Source: Octopus vulgaris
Lineage: Eukaryota
Length of the DNA stretch: 64,000 nucleotides
Assembly (NCBI GenBank): GCA_951406725.2
Contig: OX597818.1
Span: forward strand, 61,814,001-61,878,000
Direction: 5' to 3'
The notes below the pieces were generated by a model. It was not told the origin of the DNA. It worked only from the letters and a program-made list of their open reading frames with translations, and ran no database searches. Within the stretch, counting starts at the first letter, position 1, and each line of letters begins with the position of its first letter. The position numbers and the translations under genes are program-made. Below, piece by piece: positions 38,791 to 53,461 of the stretch.

Positions 38791-41289
38791 TATACTACGT
38801 GCTGTTGCTCCCTGTGGAAGTGGTTCAATATTCTGCTATTCTACTGGTATTCCGGTATTATGGTGACAACCTCTGCCTAACAGGGTTCTATTCATACATT
38901 CACCTCACCTATATATCCACACAATGTACCACCAGTTTATTATACACTGACATTCATACTACTCACCCCCTACCTGCTTCCCACTAAATTTTCTCATTCT
39001 ATTTCGCTCTTTTGCATCTGAACTTCATTATTCTCAGAGTCTATAGGAGTTCTACTTAAGACTGACATGTTTACCCTTGGTTTCTTAGACACTCTCAGAC
39101 TCCCTTGGCTATAAAATACTTATTTCTTATATATAAAGAAGAAATACTAATGTTTCGTTTTCTACACATAAGGCTTATGTTTGTATACATCACACACATA
39201 TTTATAAAGATTACTGTTATACTGAATTTTTTTTCCCTCCACTTTGTGCGGAAATAAAAAAGAAAAAAAAATTCTTGTGAATATATTATTTATTATTCAC
39301 CTCCAAGAAGCCACATGGTGTGACTGAATAAACCAATAAAATGTTCAAAACTCTCAAACAGTAACACTACTTTCTTTTCATTATTATTCTTTTTTTTTGT
39401 TATCATCATCATTATTATTATTATTATTATTATTGTATTATTATTGTATGACAAATATAATCCCAAAACACGCAAAATAACATGTAAGAATTTGCAGATT
39501 CAAATACATTGACTTATTCTGTGAAATGTCATGAGAATCTTCAATGCCGCTGCTGATAAATAGCAACTCTAACACTTGATACAAGATTGTCTTTGAGATG
39601 GCCCTTGGTGCAACACCTCTCTACTTGATCAGATTAGAAGAGGATGAGAGTACCTAAGCTAATGAAACCTTTGACTGGAGTTTCTTGCCATTCTGTTTTT
39701 GTTTTTTTTTGTTTTGTTTTGTTTTGTGGAACAACTTGGTGCTGGTGCCATGTTCAAAGCAATGGTGATCGTGACACATAAAAAAAAGCATTTAGTATAC
39801 TCTGTCAAGTGGTTGGCATTAGGAAGGGCATCCAACTTTAGAAACCATGCCAAAACAGACAATAGAACCTTGCGCAGTTTTCCAACCTTGCCAGCTCCTG
39901 TCAAATCGTCCAACCCATGCCAGCTGGGAAAACAGACGTTAAATGATGATAATGAGGATGATCTTATTCTAAAGTTTTGAACTTAAACTCGAAACACTTA
40001 TTCTAAAATCAAACAAAAGAGAAATACTTCCAATACTGAACTTGGTAATTAGGGTAATTAATGGATAACTAGGCAAAAGTTATGACATCAAAAATGACAA
40101 TGACTCTGTATTGACCTATGATGGTGATGATGATGATGATGATGGTAGTGATGATGATGATGAAGAGGCTCAAGAGAGTGTTTGATGTTATCCAAAGAAA
40201 TAAAGGCAAGGACTCCTTTACAACTACCAGTAATTATTGTTGTCTTTGAAATTTGGTCCCAGAGCCAACTGGATTCTTGGATTGAATTAAATACCTGCCA
40301 AGGGCACACAACATACAAAAGCTTAGAAGTGAAGGCACCAATGTTACAGAATCCTGTGTCAGTCAGTTCTTCTAGAGATCCATACCAGAAAAAGGAAAAA
40401 GAATTAACATTAAATTCTATCACCTTGCTGACAAAATTTTTAGTTTACCTTCAACATAGCCCCCCACCCCACCCCCTGTCCCCCATTTAAAAGCATTTAG
40501 TGAGACCTCAATCAAAATGTAGCCTTTTACAGTCATTTTAAAATTCACAAATTATGAATTAAAATCATGAAAAAAAAAAAAAAAAAAATTAGAAGGCATA
40601 AAAGGTATTTCTTTGGTTCTTGGTAAAATTTCCAGTTATGGATTCAATAGAAATTATCTTGTCATTCAGCGATGGGTTAGGAGCAATACTTCATACGATT
40701 TCAATAATGTCTGATTAAAATTGAATGTCTTCAGATGTATACATAAAATTACTTCAACGGAAATATTTCTAATTCAAAATTAAATTATAGACCAGTGACT
40801 CACTTCACGTATGCCCAGAAGGAGGCTAATCAAATACAATTGATATTCACTTAGAAAACGCAGATCTTTGACCATTATTGTATAGTGTCATAATTCCGAT
40901 TTCTATCAATAGAACAATGGAGTTAAGATGATGTACATACACAGGTTGAAGATGGGTGAATGATCAGACAGATAGTTGCACAGCTATTCAACAAACCATG
41001 TCTCTAAGTGAGTTTGCTCTTAAATTATGAGTATGGCTAGTATTCTTGAAAGATAGGTTGACCAGTCTCCATTTTGAGTGGTTTTGTGAGAATTTTTGGC
41101 TTTTATTCATTTTTGTATTTTTTTTTTGTTTTTTGTTCTTTTGAGTTTGGATGGTAGAAATATAGAATGAGTTATAGTCTCAATTGATTCAACATAAAAT
41201 GAAAGGAAAAAAGAAAAAGAAAAGACAACCCACACCAAAAAAAAACAAAAAAACCCAGCAATTTGTTTAGATATTTCTGTCTTGGCACA

Positions 41290-41497
41290 CGCCGGGTGAA
41301 ATGCGTAGCCGTATTTTGTCTGCCGTTACATTCTGAGTTCAAATTCCGCCAAGGTCGACTTTGCTTTTCATCCTTTCGGGGACGATAAATTAAGTACCAG
41401 TTACGCACTGCTGTCGATATAATCGACTTAATCCGTTTGTCTGTCCTTGTTTGTCCTCTTCGTGTTTAGCCCCTTGTGGGTAGTAAAGAAACAGGAA
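41290..41497 (+). mobile_element. SINE family M, 5'-truncated
   Basis: gagttcaaattccgccaaggtcgactttgcttttcatcctttcgggg...agccccttgtgggtagtaaagaaa. Confidence 0.85.
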
Positions 41498-42623
41498 TAT
41501 ATTTGGACGACAGATGCAAGAGAGGTACAGGACTGCGTTAACAAAAGTACACATTTGATTTGGGATTCTGTTGCTTCATACTCTCAAAACATTTACTATA
41601 TCATTCAATAACATTTCTACATTTACTTTATCATTCAATAGCATTAAGTAGAATTCATTTCAACTCAAAAAATATCTGAACATTGTTTTCCCCATATTTC
41701 ATTCATTTTTTTTTCCTTCTTTGCTATCGACTATTTTAAAAGTTTAATTCAAGCATAAATTTTGATATTTGTGACGCTCAGTTCCAATGTTTATTTGCTT
41801 CTAATATTATGAATAATTTAACAAAAAAGAAAAGAAAAATGCTTCTAATAGTCCTAAATTTATTACATCTTTGCACCAATGTCTGGCTAGCTTACACAAT
41901 TTATCATCTAGTTATGGAGAAAAAAAATTTTTAAATAGAAAAAAATAAATGTAATCCTTTTAACTCCAGACCAATGGTAATTATATTTTATATTTTTGTC
42001 TCTGCCGTTGGTTATAAAGCTTACTATTAAATTATTTTCTGTTAGATATCATAAATGTTTATAGATATATTTGTATTAGAATATTTATGCAACATCATCA
42101 GGCACAAACTCTCATTTGAAAGTTTTCTAAGCGTGTTGCCACTGCTTACATGTAGTATCCCAAGAGAACAGACAAAAGCATTTAGCAAGACTAGTTCTTT
42201 CGAAAACTATTTTCCAAAATAGATTCTTCTTCCTCTCTCTCTCCTCTATCTCTCTCTCTCTCTCTCTCTCACTGCTTTCAGTTGCAAGAAATATTTTCTA
42301 TAGGTAACACTGAAGACCTTACGAACGAAATTTCACTGAAGCTTCTAAAGAGAAAACGAAAAGAGAAGAAGAAGAAGAAAAAGAAAATTTTTCAATTGAT
42401 ACTATCGAACCATCTCCATTGCTTCCAACCATGTTTTGATTGATGAGACCTCTGATTTTCCCTTTGTGCCAGCCCAAATATGGTATCCAAGCTACAGAAT
42501 GAACTCTGTGAATCTTTATGATTAGCGTTCTTATCCAGTCAGACAATGCGTTAGTTTCGGTGAAGTTTATCATAACACAGCGCTGTACCTGAGAACGATT
42601 GGATGCTCTCCACCTCTCTCTCT

Positions 42624-42665
<42 letters not shown>

Positions 42666-42997
42666 TATATGCGCAAACACATACATACATTCCACTATCT
42701 TATAGTCAAAACATTGTAGCGGAAACAATGAAAGTTGAGTATACTCGGAAATGATAAGTGTGAAATAGCACTGATAACTCATCTTAGATATGTTAAATTT
42801 TGACAAGAATACTCAATTTACTGAATAATTTGATCTGATAATGATCATAAAATTATACAAATCTAGCAGAGAATAACATGGCATTCTCCCAAAGTTTTTC
42901 CTTCACATTTATGTAATGTCTGAAAATCAAAAGCAGTGTTCTGGTGTTTCTTTTGGGGTTTTTTTTCTTTTTCTTTTGCTAGAATTGGTGTTATATG

Positions 42998-43174
42998 AAT
43001 GACTGGGCAGTTTGAATAGTTGCGAGAGATTGTTTGAGCTAGCAAGTTAGAGCATCGATAATTAAACAAAATACTTTTACTAACCATCACCATCATCATC
43101 ATAGCCATCGTCTCTCTAAATCTGATACTTGTTTGCTTTGATAATTTAATAAATAGAAATTGTCAATTAAAAAA
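42998..43174 (+). repeat. Left arm of a long-range inverted duplication
   Basis: Reverse complement of 49054-49356 apart from about 3 substitutions and a shorter (CAT)n tract. Confidence 0.9.
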
Positions 43175-44090
43175 AAAAAATATATTAATATTTTTTTTTT
43201 TATTTTAATTTGAATAAAAAAAAATGATAATGGTAACATATAAATAGAAATAAATTTTATTCTAAACTATGGCCAATGAAAAATGTTCAAAAGATACAAA
43301 TATTTATTGATGTCATTAGATTATTAGAGTTAAAAAAACAAAAAAAAATAGAGCGAAAGGAAAATTCAGATGAAATTCCAGTGTTGTTTTCTTTTTGTTT
43401 TTTGGTTAAAAATTATTATTATCTGAGAATGAAGATCATTGCTTTCGGGCTTTCAGATCCATAACAAGCAAAGAAAGACATGAGAAGATGGGGGTAGGCA
43501 GGGGGGTGGGGTACGGGGAGGCTGGAGGGATTTAATAATGAAAGTGCAATGCTGGATCCTGTTGTATCAAAAGGATTTGCAAAATGGCGGAGGACAACAA
43601 AAAGAAGAAGAACCAAAATGTAAAGGGGGTGGGGGGTGGGTGGGTGGGGGTCGAGATAGCAGTGGTGGTGGTGGTGGTGATGGTGGTGGTGATGGCAATA
43701 GTTAAAGAAGAGATGTGTTGTGAGAAGCTGATAACTCATCACGAGTTCAGCAGTGGTGGGCATGCAACCAGAAACGCAAGAGATCAGAGTCCAATACAAA
43801 ATTGTCAACATAATCGGTAAAAGGAGAGAGAGAGAACAAGAGATGACAGCGCCATAGTCCTTGATTCTGCTGCGAAGATTTACATTAAGAAACAATGGTG
43901 GACATGGTGGATCAAAAGGAATTCCATCCATGACCTTTCCAATTTTATTCCTCTTTCAAGTAGCAAACAACATTATTGAATATGTCCTTCCTTTTATATA
44001 TTTGTTTTTCGCTGTTGTTTAACCCTAGGTCATCCATTATCGAGTAGACCTGTGATCAAAAGCATTTTGGGAGCAATCTTCATCATCATT

Positions 44091-44502
44091 AGGCGCAGGA
44101 GTGGCTGTGTGGTAAGTAGCTTGCTAACCAACCACATGGTTCCGGGTTCAGTCCCACTGCGTGGCATCTTGAGCAAGTGTCTTCGACTATAGCCCCGGGC
44201 CGACCAATGCCTTGTGAGTGGATTTGGTAGACGGAAACTGAAAGAAGCCTGTCGTATATATGTATATATATATATATATGTGTGTATGTGTGTGTGTTTG
44301 TGTGTTTGTCCCCCTAGCATTGCTTGACAACCGATGCTGGTGTGTTTACGTCCCCATCACTTAGCGGTTTGGCAAAAGAGACCGATAGAATAAGTACTGG
44401 GCTTACAAAGAATAAGTCCCGGGGTCGATTTGCTTGACTAAAGGCGGTGCTCCAGCATGGCCGCAGTCAAATGACTGAAACAAGTAAAAGAGTAAAGAGA
44501 GT
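44091..44502 (+). mobile_element. SINE family A, full length
   Basis: A box tggctgtgtgg, B box gggttcagtccc, CORE-like cttgagcaagtgtctt, central (TA)/(TG)n, (GAGTAAA)-type tail, tcatcatcat on both flanks. Confidence 0.9.
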
Positions 44503-46425
44503 ATCATCATCATCACCATCATCATCATCATTTAATGTCTATTTTCCACTTTGGCAGGAGTTGGATTAATGACTAAGATTATACTGTTCAATGTGTTCAT
44601 TTCTTAAGATGGAAGATTGTGATTTGAAAGAGATTAGGCTGCTATTTCTAGCAGGAGGAGCGATCATGTAATGATTCCCCTATTGGCCTGATTATTTGCG
44701 AATACATGTACACAGGCATGGCTGTGTGGGTAAGAGGCTCATTTTGTAGATGCTTGGTTTCCGGTTCAGTCCCACTGCTTGGCACCCTGGACAAGTTTCT
44801 TCTACTTTAGCCCCAGGTTGACTGATAATGCCTTGTTGGTGGTGGTTGTTGGAAACTATATGAAGCTTATTGTGAACATGTGATTTTGATGTCTGCTTGT
44901 CCATGTTTGCATAAGTCAGACAAAGTTTAAGGCAAAGTGAGTCTCTCAACCATAGAGCCACAACTGCTCCAGCTGAAGACGATCAACTGAAATCTCACAA
45001 GTATTACGTTATTAATTACCAATCAAGGTTTTAATTAAAACACAAGCATTTTTGCATAAGCAGTCTCAGATGGGTTAGAATTTTGATAGTTAAGACAACC
45101 AAGTGCAACTAACTTGGGGGTTGGTGTGATTTGGTTGTTATTTCTAGCACTTCAAGTGGCTATTTAGAGGATGCTATGCATGCACTTATTAAGGAATGTT
45201 TTATTAATCAGATGAATTTTTCTTCTGACTATAATCTTAAGAGATGCTAGTTGTTGTTTGTAAGTAGCTTCTGTCAGTCCTGGTTTTGCAGATCTTGTTA
45301 TGCGAACGTAAATGAATAAAAACCAAAAGATTAAGAATCAGAACGGACATGTCAAATCCAATTTAATCAAAGACTATCTTATGTAATCTTCATCTTATCT
45401 ATAGTCAGTCTTTTCTCTAAATTCACACACACACACACAAACACACGTGGTATGCAAATTTGTGAAGTGTTCCATATTTTACCCTGTTGGTGTTAGAGTC
45501 ACGTAAAAAAGCACCCATTACACTCTCGGAGTGGTTGGCATTAGGAAGGGCATCCAGCTGTAGAAGCCTCTCTAAAAAGGACAATAGAGCCAAGTGTGCC
45601 TCCCTACCCACCCCCAGCCTTGATAGCTCCTGTCAGACAATCCAACCCATGCCAGCACAGAAAACAGGTAATAAATTTTACACATATGCACACACACACA
45701 CACTGCATGCATATTTTATGTTATCACATGAAGAAGAGTGACAGTGAATTTGAAGTTTTGAGCCGTTACACTTTGTCGGACAGTCTGAAGTCTAGCACGG
45801 AAAAAAACTTCAAAGTCCCTATCAGCCTGCTTCTTGTAAATGTATAATAACCATGTACTCTGCAAAAAAGTATGAAGTAATTCTTCTCAAAGAAAAACAC
45901 CCACACACACAAGTTTTGTTACCATGGTTTTGCTGGAATATATTGCCTTTGTTTTAATTAATTTTCAAAATAAAGAATTTAGTAAAAAAAAAAAGATTAA
46001 TTAAGATTGTGTTGTAAGATGGCAAATGGCAAAATCATAAGAACATCTGAGAAAATGCCTCGGGATATTTCTTGCAATTCATTAACATGGTAATGAAGAT
46101 AAACATAATCCTTCAGGTTACCATTACAGTTCAAACGCCTTAGGGGCCGATAAAATAAGATAAAGAAAAATAGCAGTCAAGTACTGGGTTAATGTAAATT
46201 AGCTAATCCCATTTTTCTAAAATTGTTGACCTTAAACCCAATTTTGAAATTGTAATTTTGGTCACTTTGAATTAAAACAAAACAGAAAAGAAGAAAATGG
46301 TAAGATAGGTGCAAGAATGGCTGTGTGGTAAGAAGTCTGCTTTCCCGACTGCATGGTCCTGGGTTCAGTCCCACCATGTGATATCTTGAGCAAATGTCAT
46401 CTGATATGGCCAGTTTGAATGTTAA

Positions 46426-46865
46426 CCCTTTTGTTACCAACCCAGCTGAAACCGCCTCTGGGTCGTAGTACAAATGTCTTGTTTTCATAAGTTTTGAATT
46501 AAAATCTTCCACCAAACCTTAGTCACAATTTATGTTCCTAACACTAGCTGAATGATAACTAAGTTATTTTACTAAATTCTTTGTTATATTTAAAGTAATT
46601 GAAAGAAACACAGAGCATCTCAACAGAAATATGGTAACAAAAGGGTTAAAATATATAACAGAGAAACAATTCTTAACCCTTTCGTTACCAAGCCAGCTGA
46701 AACTGGCTCTGGCTCTGAGTACAAATGTCTTGTTTTCATAAGTCACAACTTATATAAAACACTAGCTTAATGATAACTGAGTTATTTTACTAAATTCTTT
46801 GTTATATTTAAAATTAATTGAAAGAAACACAGAGCAATCTCAACAGAAATATGGTAATGAAAGGG
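46426..46865 (-). mobile_element. piggyBac-type MITE C1 dimer (opposite orientation)
   Basis: Units 46426-46645 and 46677-46865; linker 46650-72 is the reverse complement of the 12588-12610 linker with 1 mismatch; outer TTAA sites. Confidence 0.9.
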
Positions 46866-47679
46866 TTAAAGGGTTAATTTCATGGTCAGATAAGAACAAA
46901 GACACAAATGAATTTATGGGTAAGAATACATATATTTATGTATATGGACTATCTTAAAATACTATAGAACAGGTGAGCCACTCTGAGATCTAACCTATGT
47001 AAGGATAGGAAAAAAAAGAAGATTTAGTGAAGATTTAGTGTATTATCAGCATGGCTGTGCATGTGAGTATGCACAAGTGCACATACATTTGCTTATGTAT
47101 ATTGCATTACAAGTGCATGCTTCAGAGTGTATTTCCAAAGAGAAAGAGAGAGAGAAAAAAAATATGTGTGCAGATTGTATGAAATCCCCAGGTAACAGAG
47201 AAATCATCAAGTACTCCTCAACCTGTAAATTTAGCAAATTTACACCTGTCTTGGCTCAGGTGGTTCGGTATATTTAAAAGATTAGTTTCTCGATTGTTCA
47301 TACCTGAGATTCTACCATTCCTCAGGAGGGAAATGGTAAATATTCTCATGTAGAAAGACTAAATTAGTAGAAAGAAATGCTAAAGAAAATCAGGTGAATG
47401 TATAGGGTAGTTAAACTGTTGCTGGTTACATGGATTATGAGTTCAAATCAACTGAAAGTATTGTTACATTTTGATGTAAAACATTTCATTCTAAGTTAAG
47501 TCAGTTTATTTTACAAAAAGAAAATAAGACAACCTGCACAGTTTCTCTGAGAAAGATATTAAATGATAAGCTTGTATTGTAGTGAAGAAGATACCTTCAT
47601 GTTGTCTGTACAGACACATCACCATCATCATTTACTGTTAGTGTTTCAAAAGAGCTGGCAAGTTGAAGGATTGCATTAA

Positions 47680-47902
47680 CCCATTCGTTACTGTATATTT
47701 ATTTTGAGATGCTTTGTGTTTCTTTCAATTACTTTAAATATAACAAAGAATTTAGTAAAATAACTTAATTATCATTAAGCTGGTGTTAGGAACATAAATT
47801 GTGACTAAGATTTGGTGGAAGATTTGAATTCAAAACTTATGAAAACAAGACAATTGTACTACAGAGCCAGAGCCGGTTTCAGCTGAGTTGGTATCGAAAG
47901 GG
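47680..47902 (+). mobile_element. piggyBac-type MITE C1 monomer
   Basis: TTAA|CCCATTCGTTAC...GTATCGAAAGGG|TTAA. Confidence 0.92.
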
Positions 47903-49053
47903 TTAAGTTCCAATGTCTGCTTGCCCTTTCTAATGCTAACCACTTTATAGAGTGGAAACAACCCTAGTTAGAACCTCAATGCAGTCCTTCAACTCCTCAG
48001 GTCTTGTTGAACCATCCAACCCTTGGAAGTATGGCAGACAAGTGTTAAATGGCGATGATGACTGATGTTTATTGACTTGGAGATAGGGAGAAGGAATGAT
48101 GAATAAAAAGAAATTAAAAAACATAAGAACCTAGAGGTGAGCTTGAACTCAGATTGTCAAAAGATGTGAATCAATTCCAGTCTCGGTGCTACTATTTCTG
48201 CTAACATAACACTATCACTAAATGAACACTACATATAACGAAGACAACAATAGCAAGAATAAGAATAAGAATAACAACAACAAGATGTTCATCAAGAAAA
48301 ATAAGTTGAACATTCAAAATAAAGTAGACAGCAATTATATGAAGTACAATTTATTGAATTTTAAGCATATTTAATCTGCTGTCAGTTTACAGATAGCAAT
48401 TGTCAAGTCCAAGTCAACAATATATCGTTCATGCAATATGGTCAGTCGAATACAGATTTTCAATTTCAACTCGATATCAATCACTTCAACCACATTTTTA
48501 TTCCGCCAACACCAACCCCACACCCACAAAATTGTCAGTTAACATCAAGGAGACGTAATTATTCTCATTTAATTTATAAAAATCACTCAGCCTTACAAAG
48601 AATTTTAAAAGATAAGCATGCAGCTTTTCAGGATTGTTAACATATAGCATTCATCTTAATTAAGATAAAGAGGTGGCTCTGCCTCCTACTCTCAAAGAAC
48701 TGCTTGCTCTACCTTACACTCTTTTCTATTTCCGTCTCTATAGCTCTACCTTGTTTATATTAATTTTATCTCTCTCGCACATACAAGCTGTGAGATTGGC
48801 GTACGTATTTGCATGACATATATGAAACGTGTGAAGGACCTTGTGTGTGAATCATTAAGTGTGTGTACGCGTATGAGAGATTACTCATGGGTAGCTATGA
48901 CAAGGGGCATGCCAGCCGATAAGCTTGCATACATTAAAACATTAAAATCAATGCTGTAGATACCGAACATTAGAGAGCGATGATGGATGGTCTTGTGGTC
49001 CATCATTCCAGACTACACAAATGGCTATTTAATACTAAACAGATCCAGAAGAA

Positions 49054-49356
<303 letters not shown>

Positions 49357-50409
49357 TTAAGGAATTCAACCATACAATGACACCATTACCATTTCACTTA
49401 CCATAAATCAAAGTATAATTAATTTTCAAAATATAACAGACTTAAGCAGCAGAAAATAGTAAAAATATTGACAAGAAAATGAGAAGCCATTGCTTGAGAA
49501 CTTCAACCATGGGCCTAATATCTGAGAAAATTTCTGTAATTTTGGCAGTAAGCAGACTGATAATCAGAAAAATTCCAGCTGTGCTCATCTCAGAAAGTCT
49601 ATCTGGGACTACAGTATCCAATGTGTCTTTTTTTTTTCTTTTCACATTTTCTTTATTTTTTTTCGTTAACAGTATGATGTAAATTGAAGTAGAGATGGCT
49701 GCATGCAAATTATAACCAACCAAATGATTGCACAGCAACTCCTTCGTTGGTTCAAAGCTTAATTAGTAATATAAGCAGGGGAATATTATATCATTGGGAA
49801 GGGATAGAGCTGACAAAACTACAGGGTTTTTTTATTTTTTTATTTTTATTGTTTTTTGTAAAAACTCTTCAGAAAGAAGCAGATTTAAGAAGAATATTTA
49901 ATTCTTATCTAAGTGTGAGCAGCAACATAGCAGACCCAGAAAATGAAACATCATCTGAACTGAACCAATAGTATCAAATGCAGTAAGAAATTTTCTAAGT
50001 GTCGAGTTAACCAGGAACTATTTTCCAACCAACCACAAATGCTTTTAAGGTATTCGATAAAAAATACTATCAAAGTAAGCTTTAGTTGCAAACAAAATGA
50101 AAGGTAATATAAGATGAATACAAATTCCATCAACGATCTGTCAACAGCAACAGTCAAGAATCTGAATTTAATTCTAAGGTAAACTAACCATTTTGATACT
50201 AACCTGTCTGAAATTTTATTTTTTGTTATTATACACATTCCCTGTTTTATAGTGATTTTGATTAAAATCTTTCATCAAAATGTTAATTTTTATTCCAAAC
50301 ACCATCTTAATAATGATAAAGCTGTTTTAATGAATTCTTCATTATTTTCAAAATTAATTGAAACAAAAGACAATATATTTTAGCAGAAATTTGGTAACAA
50401 AAGGGTAAA

Positions 50410-50851
50410 CCCTTCAGCATTTAACCCTTTTGTTACTGTATTTCTGTTGAGATGCTCTGTGTTTCTTTCAATTAATTTTAAACATAACAAAGAATTTAGT
50501 AAAATAACTCAGTTATCATTCAGCTAGTGTTAGGAACATAAATTGTGACTAAGGTTTGCTGAAAGATTTGAATTCAAAACTTATGAAAACAAGATATTTG
50601 TACTCATAACCAGAGCCGGTTTTAGCCGGGTAGGTAATGAAAGGGTTAAACCAGCCGTTTCTGGCTAAAGCATTCTACCTGTTCTGTTGAAACAAACCAG
50701 ACATAGCATTTCCTACCTACACTATTTCTCATTCCAAAAACAAACAATCAACTCAGGGAAATCACAAAGCTATGAGATAATGCGTGATTAATCCAACGCA
50801 ATGTATATAAATAAATATTATATTTGACAGAGTATTGTGAAAGCTAACGGG
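50410..50851. mobile_element. piggyBac-type MITE C2 with a C1 copy nested at an internal TTAA (50425-50645)
   Basis: Host ends cccttcagc...gctaacggg|TTAA; insert flanked by TTAA at 50421-24 and 50646-49. Confidence 0.8.
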
Positions 50852-51484
50852 TTAAAGAAATGGTAAATGCTTGAGTTTGGCAAGAGTCTGCAGAGTCAAA
50901 GCAGCATCTTTGGTTATCAGTATGATTGAGGTTAGTTTCGGGAGAAGGTTTCCTCAATCATTCAAAAAGAGAGAGAAATGTCATGGCAGGATCCAAATAC
51001 ATATTTATAGGGGAGGAAGGAAGTAGGGAAATCTAAAAGACCCTTACATCCTTACATGAAAAGTCATACCGGATGATCAATGGTGGAACCCAGCACATCC
51101 ACGTGCAGCTGAAAACGTATATCTTAATGCAGTGTTTCGATATATAAAATGGGGGAAAATAAGAAAAGAAAAGAAAAGAAAAACAAAAAAAGACAAACCG
51201 AAAATAAGGAAGCAAAAAATAAAACCCAGAGAAATCGTCATGAAATGGCATCATAGAAATAAATTCTATCTGGAAAATTGTTGTTGTAAAGAGAAAGCCT
51301 GACTGATCTGGCAGAAGTATGCAAATCGCATTTACTCATAACACTAAAACATTGTAACTGAGCCCATTATTGCGTTTTTATTTAAGGCTTTTCTCCATTG
51401 AAATCCTATCTGGAGAATGCCTGAGCAGAATGCGCACGTGCACGCACGCATGCACACACACACACACACACTATATACATATAT

Positions 51485-51888
51485 GTGAAGGAGTGGCTGT
51501 GCGGTAAGTAGCTTGCTTACTAACCACATGGTTCCAGGTTCAATCCCACTGCGTGGCACTTTGTGCAAGTGTCTTCTACTATAGCTTCGGGCCGACCAAA
51601 GCCTTGTGAGTGGATTTGGTAGATGGAAACTGAAAGAAGCCCATTGTATATATATATATGTATGTGGGTATATATATGTATATGTTTGTGTGTTTATCCG
51701 CCCCCCTCAACATCACTTGAGAACTGATGCTGGTGTATTTACATTCCTATAACTTAGCAGTCTGGCAAAAGGAGACCAATAGAATAAGTGCTAGGCTTAC
51801 AGAGAATAAATCCTGGGGTTAACTAAAAGGCGGTGTTCCAGCATGGCAACAGTAGAATGACCGAAACAAGTAAAAGAGAGTAAAGAGT
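51485..51888 (+). mobile_element. SINE family A, near full length
   Basis: Colinear with 44091-44502. Confidence 0.88.
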
Positions 51889-52183
51889 GTATACATGCAT
51901 ATATACACACACGTACACATAAATTTCTTTTATTGGTTTGAGTCATTAAAATGTGGTCATGCTGGAGCACTACCGTTAAGAACGCCAATCAATCCCATTA
52001 ACTGTGACACTCGTTTCTGTCTAGTTCGTGCTTTATTGCTTTAGCAATATTTGCGACCTTCTTGACACAGAGTCAACTTGACACCAGTGTATCTGGTATA
52101 CTCAAGCAGTTTATATGTATATATGGGATACATACACAGACAACAAACATACACATACACACAGACACACCAAGATAAACATA

Positions 52184-52737
52184 CAGGGTTGGGCAAAAGT
52201 TACCTGACAGTAAATCGAAACCATTTAATTCCAATAAATTATTTTATATGAGACTTTGCTAATAAATAAACAAATGTTGAGAAAAATCGGTGACTTTTAC
52301 TCACAGAATTTAATTAGTAAACAATCATAATTGGAATGAATAAATAAAATTGAGTATTAAGTATGTATGGAATTTTGATTTACTGTAGATGTGATACCAG
52401 TGTCAGTGGCATGTAAAAGCACCATCCGAACGTGTCGCTGCCAGCGCCGCCTCGACTGGCCTCCGTGCCAGTGGCACGTAAAAAGCACCAACCGATCGTG
52501 GCTGTTGCCAGCCTTCCCTGGCACGTAAAAAGCACCCACTACACTTATGGAGTGGTTGGCGTTAGGAAGGGCATCCAGCTGTAGAAACACTGTCAGATCA
52601 GACTGGAGCCTGGCGCAGCCTCCTGGCTTCCCAGACCCCAGTCGAACCATCCAACCCATGCTAGCATGGAAAGCGGACGTTAAACGGTGATGATGATGAT
52701 GATGATGATGATATCACGTGACTTTCGGCCAACCCAG
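52184..52737. mobile_element. Tc1/mariner-type MITE (TA-flanked), right TIR split by a family B insertion
   Basis: TA|cagggttgggcaaaagttacctgacagtaaatc ... gatttactg[insert]tcacgtgactttcggccaacccag|TA; second copy at 61501-61705. Confidence 0.75.
52390..52712 (+). mobile_element. Family B copy
   Basis: gtggttggcgttaggaagggcatccagctgtagaaac...ggacgttaaacggt(gat)n. Confidence 0.9.
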
Positions 52738-53461
52738 TATGTGCATGCCATGTATCTGGATTTGGTAAACAGAAACTGTACGAAGCCCGCTGTATATTAT
52801 CATCACCATTTTAACATCCTATGCTGGCCTACTCACCAAGCTAGTAGGGTGGCATCATTTAAAAGCTAAAACAATGCAAAGTGCATTGTGACCAGTGATG
52901 TATAACAACATCTGATAGTCTGGTCAATAGCACAGCGCTGTGATAACAGACCTAAATATATATGTACAGACACTTTCCATTTAAAGATGTACAGACACCA
53001 TTCTTTTATTTATCCAAAATTTATTCCAAGTAAAAGATTTTCTCTAAATATATCAATCATCAACAATGTTGTCATCGGTTCCTTGATAAAATATCTTTGT
53101 TAGAATATCAGAACCATTCATCAAAATTAAACTTTGAAAACATATCAAGCTAGCTGCAGAGTTTCTAAAGTTTTCTAAAGACAGTTTAAAATATTCATAA
53201 TTGTGTGATAAATTCTATTGAGCCATCTTGTGATTGGTATGCAGAACTAATCAATTAATTACTCTCGTATATGACTACCATCTTTTAATAATAATTAAAC
53301 TAACGATATAGAAGAATCTTAATACCTGACTGCTTCCTCGCATGTAATAAATAAACTAAGTCTGAAGTAGTTAATAGAGTGGTAGATGGATTATCCTTAG
53401 GATAATCTGGCTGATTAAATTGATTTGAATATTTGATTTATCTGATGATTAAGATCACACT

